64,000 nt of DNA from a virus (lineage: Duplodnaviria > Heunggongvirae > Uroviricota > Caudoviricetes). The notes under the pieces are model-generated. The model worked only from the letters and a program-made list of their open reading frames with translations. It ran no database searches and was not told the DNA's origin. Location of the stretch: IMG/VR virus record IMGVR_UViG_3300017792_000001, positions 213,602 to 277,601 of that record, one strand, 5' to 3'. A program made the translations under genes and the position numbers. Positions 38,524-48,411 of the stretch are shown one piece after another (positions within the stretch are counted from its first letter, which is position 1; the number at the start of each line of letters is the position of its first letter).

Positions 38524-39006
38524 ATGGGCCGCAAGGAAGTAACAAAGGCACTTACCGAGGCAGTCACTCATTACTTCGTCCACAAGATGTTTGCCGTGTT
38601 CCCTGAATTCGGTGTTGGTCGTCGTGGTGAGAGACGCCTTGATCTAATGTGCTTGCACACCAGCTTGAACGTCACCGGTATCGAGGTTAAAAGCTGCAAA
38701 GCTGATTATGCTGCTGACAAGAAATGGATGGAGTACTTGGCTTACACCAACAAACTCTACCTAGCCTTACCGCCGAGCATGATCGACTCGCCTTTCTACG
38801 AAAAGATACTCGCCGATATTACCCCACACGGTATTGGAGTGATGACACTCGCTCCATCAGGGTACATGATGGTTGTCAAACCGGCAAAGAGCCGAGACGT
38901 CGATGACCTAGTCATTGGCAAATTGCTGGTTAAGATGGCCTGGCGTGGAGGCGCCTCACGAAGGAATGTCTCCCGTAGAAAACGAATCTTTCTGGAGGAA
39001 AAGTAA
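38524..39006 (+). CDS. MmcB-like PD-(D/E)xK DNA repair nuclease
   Basis: RRLDL, IEVKSCKADYAADKKWMEYL..YLALP. Confidence 0.8.
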   Translation: MGRKEVTKALTEAVTHYFVHKMFAVFPEFGVGRRGERRLDLMCLHTSLNVTGIEVKSCKADYAADKKWMEYLAYTNKLYLALPPSMIDSPFYEKILADITPHGIGVMTLAPSGYMMVVKPAKSRDVDDLVIGKLLVKMAWRGGASRRNVSRRKRIFLEEK

Positions 39007-39007
39007 C

Positions 39008-39661
39008 ATGGCAAAGAAGCATCGTGGCGCGTTTATCTCAGTCGAAGGCCTTGATGGTGCCGGCAAGACCTCCAACATCCGCAACCTTGACAATCGGTTT
39101 GCGCATGGGGAAATGCCGTATTTCATCGCAAGCGAGTACGACGACAGCAAGTTCTGCAAGGGCATTCGTGACTCGCTGAACAACCAGAATCCAACATTGG
39201 ATCCTGTTGCCGAAACCCTGGGGTTCTACCTCTCGCGTATCGAGCACACCCAGAAGATTCTGGCGCCGTATCTCAAGTCCGGCACGACCGTGATTACGGA
39301 CCGCTACTATCACAGCACCCTTGCGTACCAAAGCATCAAGCTGCAAGAAGCCCGTGTGCATGACATTCACAACATGGTCAAGGATCGCTTGGTAGAGCCT
39401 GATCTGATCCTGTTCTATGACATCCCAGTGGACGTGTACGAAGCCCGTGTGCGGATGCGTGGCAAGTCCCTGGACAAGATCGAAAGCCGTGGTCTGGAGT
39501 ATTTCACCCAAGTCCGCGCTAATTTCCACAAGTTAGCAGTGAATGACCCACGCTTTATCGTGATCGACGCCTCGGTTCCACTTGAGGATGTCTTCATCGA
39601 AACACAGCGTGTGGTTGACGAATTCCTAAGGACTTTCAATGAAAATCTCATTCAGCCTTAA
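39008..39661 (+). CDS. tmk: Thymidylate kinase
   Basis: FISVEGLDGAGKT, ITDRY..STLAYQ, PDL, DKIE. Confidence 0.92.
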   Translation: MAKKHRGAFISVEGLDGAGKTSNIRNLDNRFAHGEMPYFIASEYDDSKFCKGIRDSLNNQNPTLDPVAETLGFYLSRIEHTQKILAPYLKSGTTVITDRYYHSTLAYQSIKLQEARVHDIHNMVKDRLVEPDLILFYDIPVDVYEARVRMRGKSLDKIESRGLEYFTQVRANFHKLAVNDPRFIVIDASVPLEDVFIETQRVVDEFLRTFNENLIQP

Positions 39662-40106
39662 GTCACGCATCAAAGCGTTGGCGATGTCCACCAACCGACT
39701 ACCTGACGAAATCATTGCAAACCTCGTCAAGGGTCGGAAGCATTGGCGTGACCTGCCTGCGCGTCTTTCCTATCTACCGGTTCTCCATAAGGGCCGGTAC
39801 ATCGGTGTAATGAACGAGCAAAGCCCGCACGAAAACGCCGTTGCGTATGCCAAACTGCACAAGCTGGATGTGTGCGTCGGTTACGTTGTCTGGCGTGAAG
39901 AACCATCACTGCCATGGAAGATTGAACCGTACTCATTTTGCGTGAGACCAGATGATGATCGCGTGGTTGATCCCACAAAAGGTCATGACTGGTCCAAGAT
40001 GAAGGTTTACTACCTCGGCTTCCGCGTTCCCAAGAAGGATATTGCTGGATTGAAGTATCTGCACTACTTCGAACGGATGCAGTACGTCCAGCAGCACGCT
40101 GCATGA
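39639..40106 (+). CDS. Hypothetical protein (possible head cargo)
   Basis: AAGGA RBS; MKISF..ALA leader. Confidence 0.7.
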   Translation: MKISFSLKSRIKALAMSTNRLPDEIIANLVKGRKHWRDLPARLSYLPVLHKGRYIGVMNEQSPHENAVAYAKLHKLDVCVGYVVWREEPSLPWKIEPYSFCVRPDDDRVVDPTKGHDWSKMKVYYLGFRVPKKDIAGLKYLHYFERMQYVQQHAA

Positions 40107-40116
40107 GGGTTGCACC

Positions 40117-41079
40117 ATGTCTCAGGCTTATGACGCACCGGTATCCATTGTTCTGAACAAAGATGTCCTTTTGACGCCTGAGACTCAGCGACTGCTGGCT
40201 GGTTTGGGCATCAACCCAAAAGAGACCAGCCAGTTTGAGTTGGTTGGAAGTGTGATGTCTCACAAGCACATGGTGAGTTCGTGGATTGTGTTGAAGATGC
40301 GGATCACGGCTATCCTGAAATCAGGTGTGCCGTACGCTGGACTCGACGACATCATGGCGATCACCATCAGCAACATCGCGCCCATTCAAACGGTACGTGT
40401 TGCGCCAGAGGCAGAGCAAGAAGAGGTGTATCGGGTACGTGACCCGTTAATCACCAACAACATCGGCATTATGCCAAACGAAGAACTGGTCATCCGTCGT
40501 TCAGGTGACCTTTTGTCGTTAGCGCATGAGCAGTTTGAAATCCAGCTAAAGGAATGCGACCTGGCGAAGATCAAGGAGAAAAGCGTGCGCAAGGAGCGAT
40601 ACGCTGTGATCATGCCAGACGAAAGCATGTGGCGGGTCGTCTCGTTACAAGGCTACAGTCTTGCCGAAGTCATCGAGCAAGTCCAAGTTGCGCCGGAAGC
40701 GATGTTCTGTCGCTCTGGTATTGAAACAGGTTACTACAGCACTCCAGCTTTATTTCGGTTGAAGCGCACCATCTATAAAACAGACGGCAAGAAGACCCAC
40801 GTACTCAACTGGCTGCAACACCTGTACTTGTACGGTGAGTGGCCAGAAGATGCAGAGCTAGAACACCCGATCGTCATGCGTTGGAAGTCGATGCACAAGG
40901 TACCCGACTTCGACACGGACGAGTTCGTTCAGTTCATGGCATTCCATGTGTGCCGCCATCGTTCGCTGACTGCTACTGTCCGCACCGAAGGCCGCATGAT
41001 TGTCACGGACAAAGGGCCAGTTCGCCCGCGTGACTTCTTCGCCCAATACGACGAGATTGCCCATGCAAACCAGTCTTAG
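40117..41079 (+). CDS. Hypothetical protein
   Basis: 320-aa ORF, GAGG RBS. Confidence 0.75.
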   Translation: MSQAYDAPVSIVLNKDVLLTPETQRLLAGLGINPKETSQFELVGSVMSHKHMVSSWIVLKMRITAILKSGVPYAGLDDIMAITISNIAPIQTVRVAPEAEQEEVYRVRDPLITNNIGIMPNEELVIRRSGDLLSLAHEQFEIQLKECDLAKIKEKSVRKERYAVIMPDESMWRVVSLQGYSLAEVIEQVQVAPEAMFCRSGIETGYYSTPALFRLKRTIYKTDGKKTHVLNWLQHLYLYGEWPEDAELEHPIVMRWKSMHKVPDFDTDEFVQFMAFHVCRHRSLTATVRTEGRMIVTDKGPVRPRDFFAQYDEIAHANQS

Positions 41080-42742
41080 TGCAGTCCAGAAGGATTCGGT
41101 AGTTGCCTTCCTAAAACTCCTGGCCACTCTGTACGTTACCTACGACCAGAAACTGACGAAGGAACAACTCCGTCGGATGAACATGTGGGCATCGGAAGCA
41201 GAGGAATTCCTCACCAAGTTCAAGCTCAAAGCCCTCGCTGCCAAGGCCGTGCGTCTGGTAGTTGCTGGCGAAGACCCAAACACCGACGATGACACTGACA
41301 GCGCAATCAGTGACTTCCTGTTGGAGTTGAAAGACCGCACCCCGTTGTTCCAGAAGGAAACGGACATCAGCCGCATTCAGATGGGCTTGATCAACGACTT
41401 CCGTCTCGCGCACTTCGGGTCTGAAACTGCAGCCAAGCGATTGCTCAAGGGCGTTACGTCCATCGGCGATCCAATGGTCACCCAGTTTTACCAGCACGAC
41501 TTCGAAAGTCTGGATCACGGCAGCGTGTACTCCAAACTTCAGGCATTGGTGAAAAAGTACGGTAAAGTGCCGGGCTACATCATGCCAACCGAAGTGCTGG
41601 AAGCGTGGCAAGCAGAAGCGAAGGCCAAGGGCGTCAAACACCCAGGCCATGCCGAGTACCTGATGTTGCGTCGTGAAGTCAACGACATCTACAAGAAGGC
41701 TCTGGCGAACATCGTCCGTGGTGCCAACGAGAAGTACCTGCCACTGCGCGACGTTGTGCAGAAGCTCAAGGGTATGGGCGTTGTCCACAACCTGCCAACC
41801 GGGTATGTCGGTAACATCGACGACTTGGGCAACTTCTACACCACCACTGGTAAGAAGCTGCTCCAGAACCCAAGCGGCGAAGTGCTGATGAATCCGAAGT
41901 ACGATGCGGATCAGGACAATGCGTATGTGTGCTCGTTCACACCGCCATTCGCCCAGAAGCCAACCCGTGCTTACACCGTTGAGTATCGTCAAGATGCCAA
42001 GGGTGCCAAGTTTGAAATCGTCAACGACATCCTGCCGAAGCTGAATGCTTTGACCAAGAAGTGGTTGCCGGATCTGCGTCATGTCGGCAAGAAGAAAGAA
42101 GGTACTCTGGCTGCGTTGTGTGAGTTCATCTATGACACCTCTGCCCGCGTTGGCAACAAGAACGCGAACACTGGTGGCGTGAAGACTTACGGTGCCACCC
42201 AGCTTGAAGCCAAGCACTTCAAGTTTGCCCAGAACTCCTGCACCATCAAGTACGTCGGCAAGTCCGGCGGTGCCCAGGCCCACAAAGTCTCGTTCACCTC
42301 TGTTCGTGGCAAGCAGCTCGGCGAAGCGCTGAACAAGCTGGCTGCTGGCAAGAAGCCTACTGATGCGGTATTCACGTTCAACGGTGAGCAAGTAACTGGC
42401 ACCATGATCAACCGCTATCTGCACAAGCTGGGCTTCCCGCGTGAGTTCACCGTGCATAAGCTGCGTACTGCGCGTGGTACTCAACTGGCGATGGCTATCC
42501 TGAACTCCAGCCCTTTCAAGAAGGGTGATGGCACTAAGGACACCGTCGTTCACAAATGGCTTGAGACTGAGCTATTGAAAGTCGGTTCGGAGCTTGGGCA
42601 TATGTCGGGTGAGAAGGTCACCAGTGCTACAGCGATCCAGAACTACATCGCTCCTGAGATTCTGGCGCAGTTCTATGCCAAGCTCGGTATGCGCCCATCT
42701 TCGAAGGTCCAGAAGGCCATCGACTCCGCAAGCAAGGAATGA
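41063..42742 (+). CDS. Type IB DNA topoisomerase with long N-terminal extension
   Basis: ARVGN, TYGATQLEAKH, YVGKSG, HKLRT, LGH, catalytic Tyr in NYIAP; pox/bacterial TopIB pattern. Confidence 0.85.
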   Translation: MQTSLSAVQKDSVVAFLKLLATLYVTYDQKLTKEQLRRMNMWASEAEEFLTKFKLKALAAKAVRLVVAGEDPNTDDDTDSAISDFLLELKDRTPLFQKETDISRIQMGLINDFRLAHFGSETAAKRLLKGVTSIGDPMVTQFYQHDFESLDHGSVYSKLQALVKKYGKVPGYIMPTEVLEAWQAEAKAKGVKHPGHAEYLMLRREVNDIYKKALANIVRGANEKYLPLRDVVQKLKGMGVVHNLPTGYVGNIDDLGNFYTTTGKKLLQNPSGEVLMNPKYDADQDNAYVCSFTPPFAQKPTRAYTVEYRQDAKGAKFEIVNDILPKLNALTKKWLPDLRHVGKKKEGTLAALCEFIYDTSARVGNKNANTGGVKTYGATQLEAKHFKFAQNSCTIKYVGKSGGAQAHKVSFTSVRGKQLGEALNKLAAGKKPTDAVFTFNGEQVTGTMINRYLHKLGFPREFTVHKLRTARGTQLAMAILNSSPFKKGDGTKDTVVHKWLETELLKVGSELGHMSGEKVTSATAIQNYIAPEILAQFYAKLGMRPSSKVQKAIDSASKE

Positions 42743-42745
42743 TCC

Positions 42746-44134
42746 ATGCAGATTTCATTTCCGATGTCGATGCCTGCTTCAATTCAGGCAACTGCTGCCG
42801 CTCTGGCTGACATCAAGAAAGGCAGTACAGTCGCGATTCAAGTGGACACGCGCAAATGGTTCCTGGGTACTGTCACCAGTAAAGGTAGCAAGAAGATCGC
42901 GGTCGATACCTTTGATGGTGTTTACTCGATTGCTACCGAGGACGTGGACGATGTTGTGCGCAGCGTCGATCTGTCGGCTATGAAAGCTGCCGAAGCCAAG
43001 CGTGCAATGAAAGCCACGTACACCGCTACCCAGTTAAAAGCGTTGACGCCGAAAGCAGCAACCAAGACCGCACTCAAAGCGCCGAAGGTCACTGCACCTG
43101 CGAAGCCTCCGAAGGCTGAACCCAAGGCCAAGGTGATTGATCAGGAAGTAGGTAAAGGCAGCAAGCTTGCACCTGCTCCGAAGACGAAGAAGGTAGCTAC
43201 TGCCAATCTCTACGGCATGGCATCGTTCACTCGTCGTGACGGCACGAACCCGATGGTCAGCATCTACAAGAAGATTTTCGGTGCCAGTCCACCACACGCG
43301 GGTACGAAGTTCAAGGTGAAAGACGGTAGTGATTCGCTGATGTGCGAAGTAAATCACATGGTCAGCAACCACGTCATGGTAGTCGATACCGAAGCGCGCC
43401 GCAATGTGGAGTTCATCTTCGTCAAAGACCAAGGTGTTTACCGCAACGACGAATACAGCGCCATTCCAGCACAGTATCAGAATCTGGTCAGCAAGCCACG
43501 AGCGCAGACCAGTATGCCAACGAAGCCGAGTCCGAATGTCAGCACCAAGACACCAGCACCGCGCATCGTTGAACCGTACAGCTATCGTGACAAGTACGGC
43601 GAGACGGAACTGACCGACGCAGCCCTGCCTACTGACATCAGGGATCCAGCGATCTACAAGCAGACGTTCTACGGGCGCGTGCTGAGTACAGGTCGGGCAT
43701 CGTCTCACCTGAGTGAGGTAGTGATCGTTGGTACTGGCACCTTCAAAGGCAAGACTGCCTGGGTAGCGTTCCCAATTCGCGACAAGACTGACCGTCCACG
43801 TCTGCTGTACTACCCGATCCATGCACCGAAACCTGAGTGGCTCACCAAGCCGCAAGTGTCGTTCGAGGATCTGAAACGCTACCGCCTGCGCAGTCAGCAG
43901 AAAGCGGAAGTGATGAATGATCGCAAGGAGAAGAAGGCTGAACTGGGTGCCCAAGTGGCCCAGACCATGGAGCTTCGTGTAGGGTATAACGCCCTGATCA
44001 AGTTCAGCAACGGCAACTTCTGGAAGCAGATCCTGCAAGTCGATCATGACAAGCAAGTGATCTACATTCAAGGTAGCCGCACCAAACGTCGCACCATTCC
44101 GTTTGCTCTCATCCAGCAGACTGCACAGAAATAA
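42746..44134 (+). CDS. Multidomain basic protein with Tudor/SH3-like modules
   Basis: KKGSTVAIQVDTRKWFLGTV; K/A/P linkers; C-terminal LRVGYNALIKF module. Confidence 0.7.
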   Translation: MQISFPMSMPASIQATAAALADIKKGSTVAIQVDTRKWFLGTVTSKGSKKIAVDTFDGVYSIATEDVDDVVRSVDLSAMKAAEAKRAMKATYTATQLKALTPKAATKTALKAPKVTAPAKPPKAEPKAKVIDQEVGKGSKLAPAPKTKKVATANLYGMASFTRRDGTNPMVSIYKKIFGASPPHAGTKFKVKDGSDSLMCEVNHMVSNHVMVVDTEARRNVEFIFVKDQGVYRNDEYSAIPAQYQNLVSKPRAQTSMPTKPSPNVSTKTPAPRIVEPYSYRDKYGETELTDAALPTDIRDPAIYKQTFYGRVLSTGRASSHLSEVVIVGTGTFKGKTAWVAFPIRDKTDRPRLLYYPIHAPKPEWLTKPQVSFEDLKRYRLRSQQKAEVMNDRKEKKAELGAQVAQTMELRVGYNALIKFSNGNFWKQILQVDHDKQVIYIQGSRTKRRTIPFALIQQTAQK

Positions 44135-44145
44135 GTGGAGCGTTT

Positions 44146-44340
44146 ATGAAGATTCGTATCACAATGAAGGCCGAGGCTAAGGAGGCAGGCGGCGGAAACT
44201 TCTCCGCAGACTTCGCAAAGGCTAAGGCTGCAGTAGCCGCAGCCACCCGTGACAGGGATAACGCCCAGGCCGCATTGGATCTGGCCCAGACGCGGTTGAA
44301 TAAGATGGTAGAGGCTCAATTGCAGCGTTACGCCGCATAG
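44146..44340 (+). CDS. Small Ala-rich helical protein
   Basis: GGAG RBS; 64 aa. Confidence 0.65.
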   Translation: MKIRITMKAEAKEAGGGNFSADFAKAKAAVAAATRDRDNAQAALDLAQTRLNKMVEAQLQRYAA

Positions 44341-44435
44341 CCTGTACTCCGTTTTTGCTATTGATAATATACAGTCTCTAGCGAATTTTATTGTAAGCGT
44401 TGGTGATCTACGGTTTAGAGCATTTTTGCAAGCTC

Positions 44436-44442
44436 TAATTTA
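44436..44442 (+). promoter_or_regulatory. Putative late promoter TAATTTA
   Basis: In AT-rich intergenic region ahead of head operon. Confidence 0.6.
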
Positions 44443-44512
44443 TTTGAATCGTGACAAAAGTTGCGATTGCTTAACGTAGGTTTGTTATTCCTACACAAAT
44501 CTGGAGACAACA

Positions 44513-46540
44513 ATGACGAAGCCCACTATCCGCGGTATCGTTGTTGCCGGTAACTCTCTGGAAGAAGCACAAGAACTCTATCGCGCTGTGGCTACTGGCC
44601 AAGACGTAAAGGCAATGCACGACGAGGGTGAAACCTTCGTTGTATTGTCGTCCGCGAAGTCCGATATCAGCATGATCAACCCACTGACTGGTGCGGACGA
44701 TCTTCATGTTGGTGACGGCCTGACCGAGCAGATGGAATTCTTGTCTTCCGACAGCGAAGCCGTCAACATCAACTACACCGTGTGCCTGGCCGGCTGCCAA
44801 GCTCACGTCCTCGCTGACGACGCTGAAATGCTCACTCACTGCCCGGCCTGCGCTTCTGTGCTGCCTGAGCTGACTGCTGAGCAAATCGCTGCGCTGGCTG
44901 GCGAAGACGAAGACGAAGGTTGTGAAGGCTGCCAACTGGCCGCTATCGCTTCCGGCGCCACGCTCGAAGAAGCCGTTGCGAACTACCAGGCCATGGTGCT
45001 TGGTGAAAGCGAAAGCCCGCAGACCATCAAATGCGGCGACGTTCTCGTTTCCGTTGCTGGCGCTGGCGCGTTTGACCCGTACAAGGGTTGCGCATCCACC
45101 ATCGTCAAGCATGAACCCGAGTACCTGGAATCGTTGGCTTCGACCAGCGCCGAACTGGATGCTCACCACTTCGTTTGTGCTTCGAGCACCTGCGAAGCGC
45201 CGCACGTCGTTTCGTCTGACGACATGCCTGTCTTCTGCCCATCCTGCTCCAGCGGCCTGATGGAAGTTGACGACGTTCAAGAAGGTACCGAAGCCAACGC
45301 TGGTACTGACGACGAAGACGAAGACGACAACGATCAGGACGACAACAACGAAGCGAACGCCGGCACCGAAGATGATTCGGAAGAAGCCATCGCTGCTGCT
45401 GATGCCGACCTGGATCGCGAAATCGAAGAAGCCCTCGCAGGCTCCGACGATGACGACGACTCGGACGAAGATGACGAGGACGACGAAGACTTCGAAGACG
45501 ACGATTCCGATGAGGATGAAGACGACGAAGAAGAGGAAGACGAGGACGAAGACGAGGATGATGAAGACCTCGGCGATGACGAAGATGAAGACGAAGAGGA
45601 TGAGGACGAAGAAGACGACGCCCTGACCCTGTCGGTTTCCTCCGTCGTTGAAACTCCTGCCGTCACCCGCGCCCGCAATCGTCAAGAAGCCCGTGCTTCG
45701 GTTCAGCAAGAAGAACAGGAAAGCGAGCAAATGACCGCCGTTGCCGCATCGTTCATCGCCACTGCCTCTGCGCAGAGCGAGCTGGACGTCAAGAAAGTCG
45801 AAGTTACCTACAGCGCCCTGGCGTCGGGTAACAAGTGGTTTGCATTCTACGACGGCGTGCCGTTCGCAGTAGCAACCGCAGCGTCTGCTGAGAAGCACTC
45901 GCAAATCTTCAACACCGATGTCTTCGGCCGTGCGTTCCTCGCACAAGCCAGCGAGCAGGGTGTGAACGTCGCAGTCGAAAACATGGGCTTCCAGGAAATC
46001 AAACCTGAAATCCAAGTTGCCGATTACGTGAAGTCCGAAATCGACCAACAGGTTGAAGTGAAGACCAACGAAGTCGCGCAAGCTGCTGCGCAAGAAAAAG
46101 CTGAACACGCTGACCGCCACTTGGCTGCCATGGCACTCGCTGCTACTGGTCTGACCAACAACTTCTTCAAAGGTCACGTCAACCCGATTGCCCAGCAACT
46201 GATCGAGTCGCTGTCTGCTGTCGGCCTGGATAACGCCGCGTCCCTCGTGAACCAAGCGTTCGTCCAGAACAGCGAAGCCTGGCACAAGATGCTGTTGGCA
46301 CAAGCCAGCAAGATCATGAGCTACGGCCTCGACGCCCAGAACGAAATCGCCGAAGCTATCACCGGGAGCAATCCTGTTGAAGCAAACGCCAGCGCTTCGC
46401 CGGTGTCCATCGGTCGACCAGTTCAGGTTGCTCCAAAAGTTCCACAACAGGAGTTCGTTGAAGCCAACGCCTCCGTACAACCATCTGCTGATTTCAATAC
46501 CCTGCTCGCTGGTGCGATGCGCGGGATCGGCAAGCGCTAA
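44513..46540 (+). CDS. Prohead core/scaffolding-like protein with zinc ribbons and acidic linker
   Basis: First gene of head operon; CPAC, CEGC, CPSC; long D/E tract; helical C-terminus. Confidence 0.65.
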   Translation: MTKPTIRGIVVAGNSLEEAQELYRAVATGQDVKAMHDEGETFVVLSSAKSDISMINPLTGADDLHVGDGLTEQMEFLSSDSEAVNINYTVCLAGCQAHVLADDAEMLTHCPACASVLPELTAEQIAALAGEDEDEGCEGCQLAAIASGATLEEAVANYQAMVLGESESPQTIKCGDVLVSVAGAGAFDPYKGCASTIVKHEPEYLESLASTSAELDAHHFVCASSTCEAPHVVSSDDMPVFCPSCSSGLMEVDDVQEGTEANAGTDDEDEDDNDQDDNNEANAGTEDDSEEAIAAADADLDREIEEALAGSDDDDDSDEDDEDDEDFEDDDSDEDEDDEEEEDEDEDEDDEDLGDDEDEDEEDEDEEDDALTLSVSSVVETPAVTRARNRQEARASVQQEEQESEQMTAVAASFIATASAQSELDVKKVEVTYSALASGNKWFAFYDGVPFAVATAASAEKHSQIFNTDVFGRAFLAQASEQGVNVAVENMGFQEIKPEIQVADYVKSEIDQQVEVKTNEVAQAAAQEKAEHADRHLAAMALAATGLTNNFFKGHVNPIAQQLIESLSAVGLDNAASLVNQAFVQNSEAWHKMLLAQASKIMSYGLDAQNEIAEAITGSNPVEANASASPVSIGRPVQVAPKVPQQEFVEANASVQPSADFNTLLAGAMRGIGKR

Positions 46541-46556
46541 CTCCTGGAGATAAACC

Positions 46557-47243
46557 ATGATCGTTCAAAAATACACTCGTCTCTTTCTGTCCGAGCACCG
46601 CAAAGTTGAAAGCGGTGTCATCATCCAGGAAGAAGGCCAAGCAATGGTCAACGTCAAGGAAAACGGCGAAACTGTCGTGCGTCCTTCGACTGGTGCTGCT
46701 GGTGAAGTCTTCGCCGGTATCTCCATGGCCCGCAACACTCCGCCGACCACCCTGCAGTGGGTTGCTCAAGGCGTGATCCCTGATACTGGCGCCGTCGAGC
46801 TGCCGCGTACCCCGATCACCGGTCAGATCCTGGTCAAGGTCGGCACCGACGTTGCAACCATCAGCGCTGGTGCTCCTGCATCTGCTACTGAAACCCAGCT
46901 GGCCGGTGACGTGATCACCTTCCACGCTGACAACATCGGCAAGAACTACTTCGTCCAGATCGCTTACGAGCCTGGTATGCAAGAAGCTCTGCAACTGGTT
47001 GGCTCCATGCCGATCGGCGGCCTGGCTGCTACCTACCAAGGTGTGGTCGGTGTCATCACTCGTGGTGAAGTTGCGACTTCGTTCTACGATGCCGCTTCCG
47101 ACTGGTCCACTGCCCTGAAAGTCAAGCTGGGCGCTGATGGCCGTTTCACCACCTCCGGTCCTGGCGATGTTATCCCAGGTCTGACCGTGATCAATGCGCC
47201 GTCGTCCGAGAACTCTGCTCTCACCCTGCGCGTCAACGTTTAA
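46557..47243 (+). CDS. Capsid decoration/cement-like protein
   Basis: Beta-rich 228 aa between scaffold and MCP; high codon bias. Confidence 0.6.
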   Translation: MIVQKYTRLFLSEHRKVESGVIIQEEGQAMVNVKENGETVVRPSTGAAGEVFAGISMARNTPPTTLQWVAQGVIPDTGAVELPRTPITGQILVKVGTDVATISAGAPASATETQLAGDVITFHADNIGKNYFVQIAYEPGMQEALQLVGSMPIGGLAATYQGVVGVITRGEVATSFYDAASDWSTALKVKLGADGRFTTSGPGDVIPGLTVINAPSSENSALTLRVNV

Positions 47244-47295
47244 CTGCGGCTGCCTGAGAGCAACGTAGAACTCGAACATTTTCTGGAGATTTACC

Positions 47296-48411
47296 ATGTC
47301 CAAACCAGCATTCGCCGGTGCAAGCCTTGTCCTGAAGGACGGCAGCCCAATCACCGACCTGCGCCTCGGCAAAGGCCGTGAACTCGCTCTGTCCGCTTCG
47401 ACTGGCGACATCAACGCTTCGAGCACCAAGGACGCGATGGTTGTCCTGGGCCAACTGATGCAAGCATACGCCTCTGGCGAAATCATGCATCAACAGCCAC
47501 AGACCATGTCTGCGCGCGAAGAAGCCACCGCTGCTACCGAAATGCGTCGTCAAGTTCTGGCCGAAGCCCGTGCTGACGTGACCGGCGCCAAGTGGGCCGC
47601 CCTGGGCGCCTCCCTGGCTCAACAAGTGAACGAACAAGCTGACCGTGAAGGCTTCGTGCGGAAGCTGATGGTCGGTAACACTCTGACCCAGGGTCAGTTC
47701 CAGCGTATCCCGATGCCGACCCATGACACCATGGCCGTCATCGCTACCTCCAGCGCGAACGTTGGTTACCAGACCATCCGTAACCGCGTGTTCACCCCGG
47801 ACGAGTTCGAAATTCAGGCCAACGTTCGCGTTGAAAACCTGGACATCCAACAAGTCAACGGCGACCTGCTGGATCACGCGTACAACGACGCGCTGCAATC
47901 CATCATGGTTGCAGAAGACCGTCTGTGGAAGAAAGCTGCTGACGCCACCGTCGGTGTTGTCAACAACCTGGAACTGATCGCTGGCGAACTGACCACCAAG
48001 AACCTGGGTCGTCTGCGTCAAGCCATCGCTCGCTGGGGCCTGCCTGCTACCCACATCGTGATGTCCAACGATTACTGGGCTGACGTCATCGGTTCGAACG
48101 ACTTCGCAACGTTCTTCGACCCGATCACCAAGTACGACCTGGTTCTGAACGGCCAGATCGGTACCCTGGTTGGCATGAACATCATCACCGACGCATTCCG
48201 TCAGCCGAACCAGAAGGTTCTGAACCCTGGCGAAATCTACGTGGTGGCCTCGCCTGAGAACCACGGTGCCTACTCCACTCGTGGCGGCATCCAGTCCTCG
48301 CCTACCAACGGCGCTGACGCTGGTAACAGCACCCGCGGCTGGTTCATGGTTGAACCGTTCAGCTTGGTAATCGCGAACGTGCGCTCCGTGGTCAAAGGTC
48401 GTCGCATCTAA
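47296..48411 (+). CDS. Major capsid protein (HK97 fold)
   Basis: 371 aa, strongest codon bias, IMVAEDRLW spine helix, IVMS..W, GTLVGMNIITD. Confidence 0.85.
   Translation: MSKPAFAGASLVLKDGSPITDLRLGKGRELALSASTGDINASSTKDAMVVLGQLMQAYASGEIMHQQPQTMSAREEATAATEMRRQVLAEARADVTGAKWAALGASLAQQVNEQADREGFVRKLMVGNTLTQGQFQRIPMPTHDTMAVIATSSANVGYQTIRNRVFTPDEFEIQANVRVENLDIQQVNGDLLDHAYNDALQSIMVAEDRLWKKAADATVGVVNNLELIAGELTTKNLGRLRQAIARWGLPATHIVMSNDYWADVIGSNDFATFFDPITKYDLVLNGQIGTLVGMNIITDAFRQPNQKVLNPGEIYVVASPENHGAYSTRGGIQSSPTNGADAGNSTRGWFMVEPFSLVIANVRSVVKGRRI

Noticed and set aside
13438-39526. Intragenic TAATTTC/T hits (13438, 22642, 39520) as late promoters
   Set aside because: Imperfect matches inside coding sequence and over 100 nt from the next start; 39520 remains possible but unsupported.
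41063-42742. Tyrosine integrase / lysogeny module
   Set aside because: RVGN, TYG..L...H, GK and K.RT context fits TopIB better; no repressor or att-like context seen.
2043-45678. Poly-Ser, poly-Thr/Met and Arg/His-rich alternative-frame ORFs
   Set aside because: Frame-shifted readings of GAC/GAT/GAA-rich acidic tracts.
46557-48411. Read-through or frameshift fusion of decoration protein and MCP, or of the tail chaperones
   Set aside because: The genes are out of frame with their own RBS or coupled starts, and no slippery heptamer was seen at the junctions.
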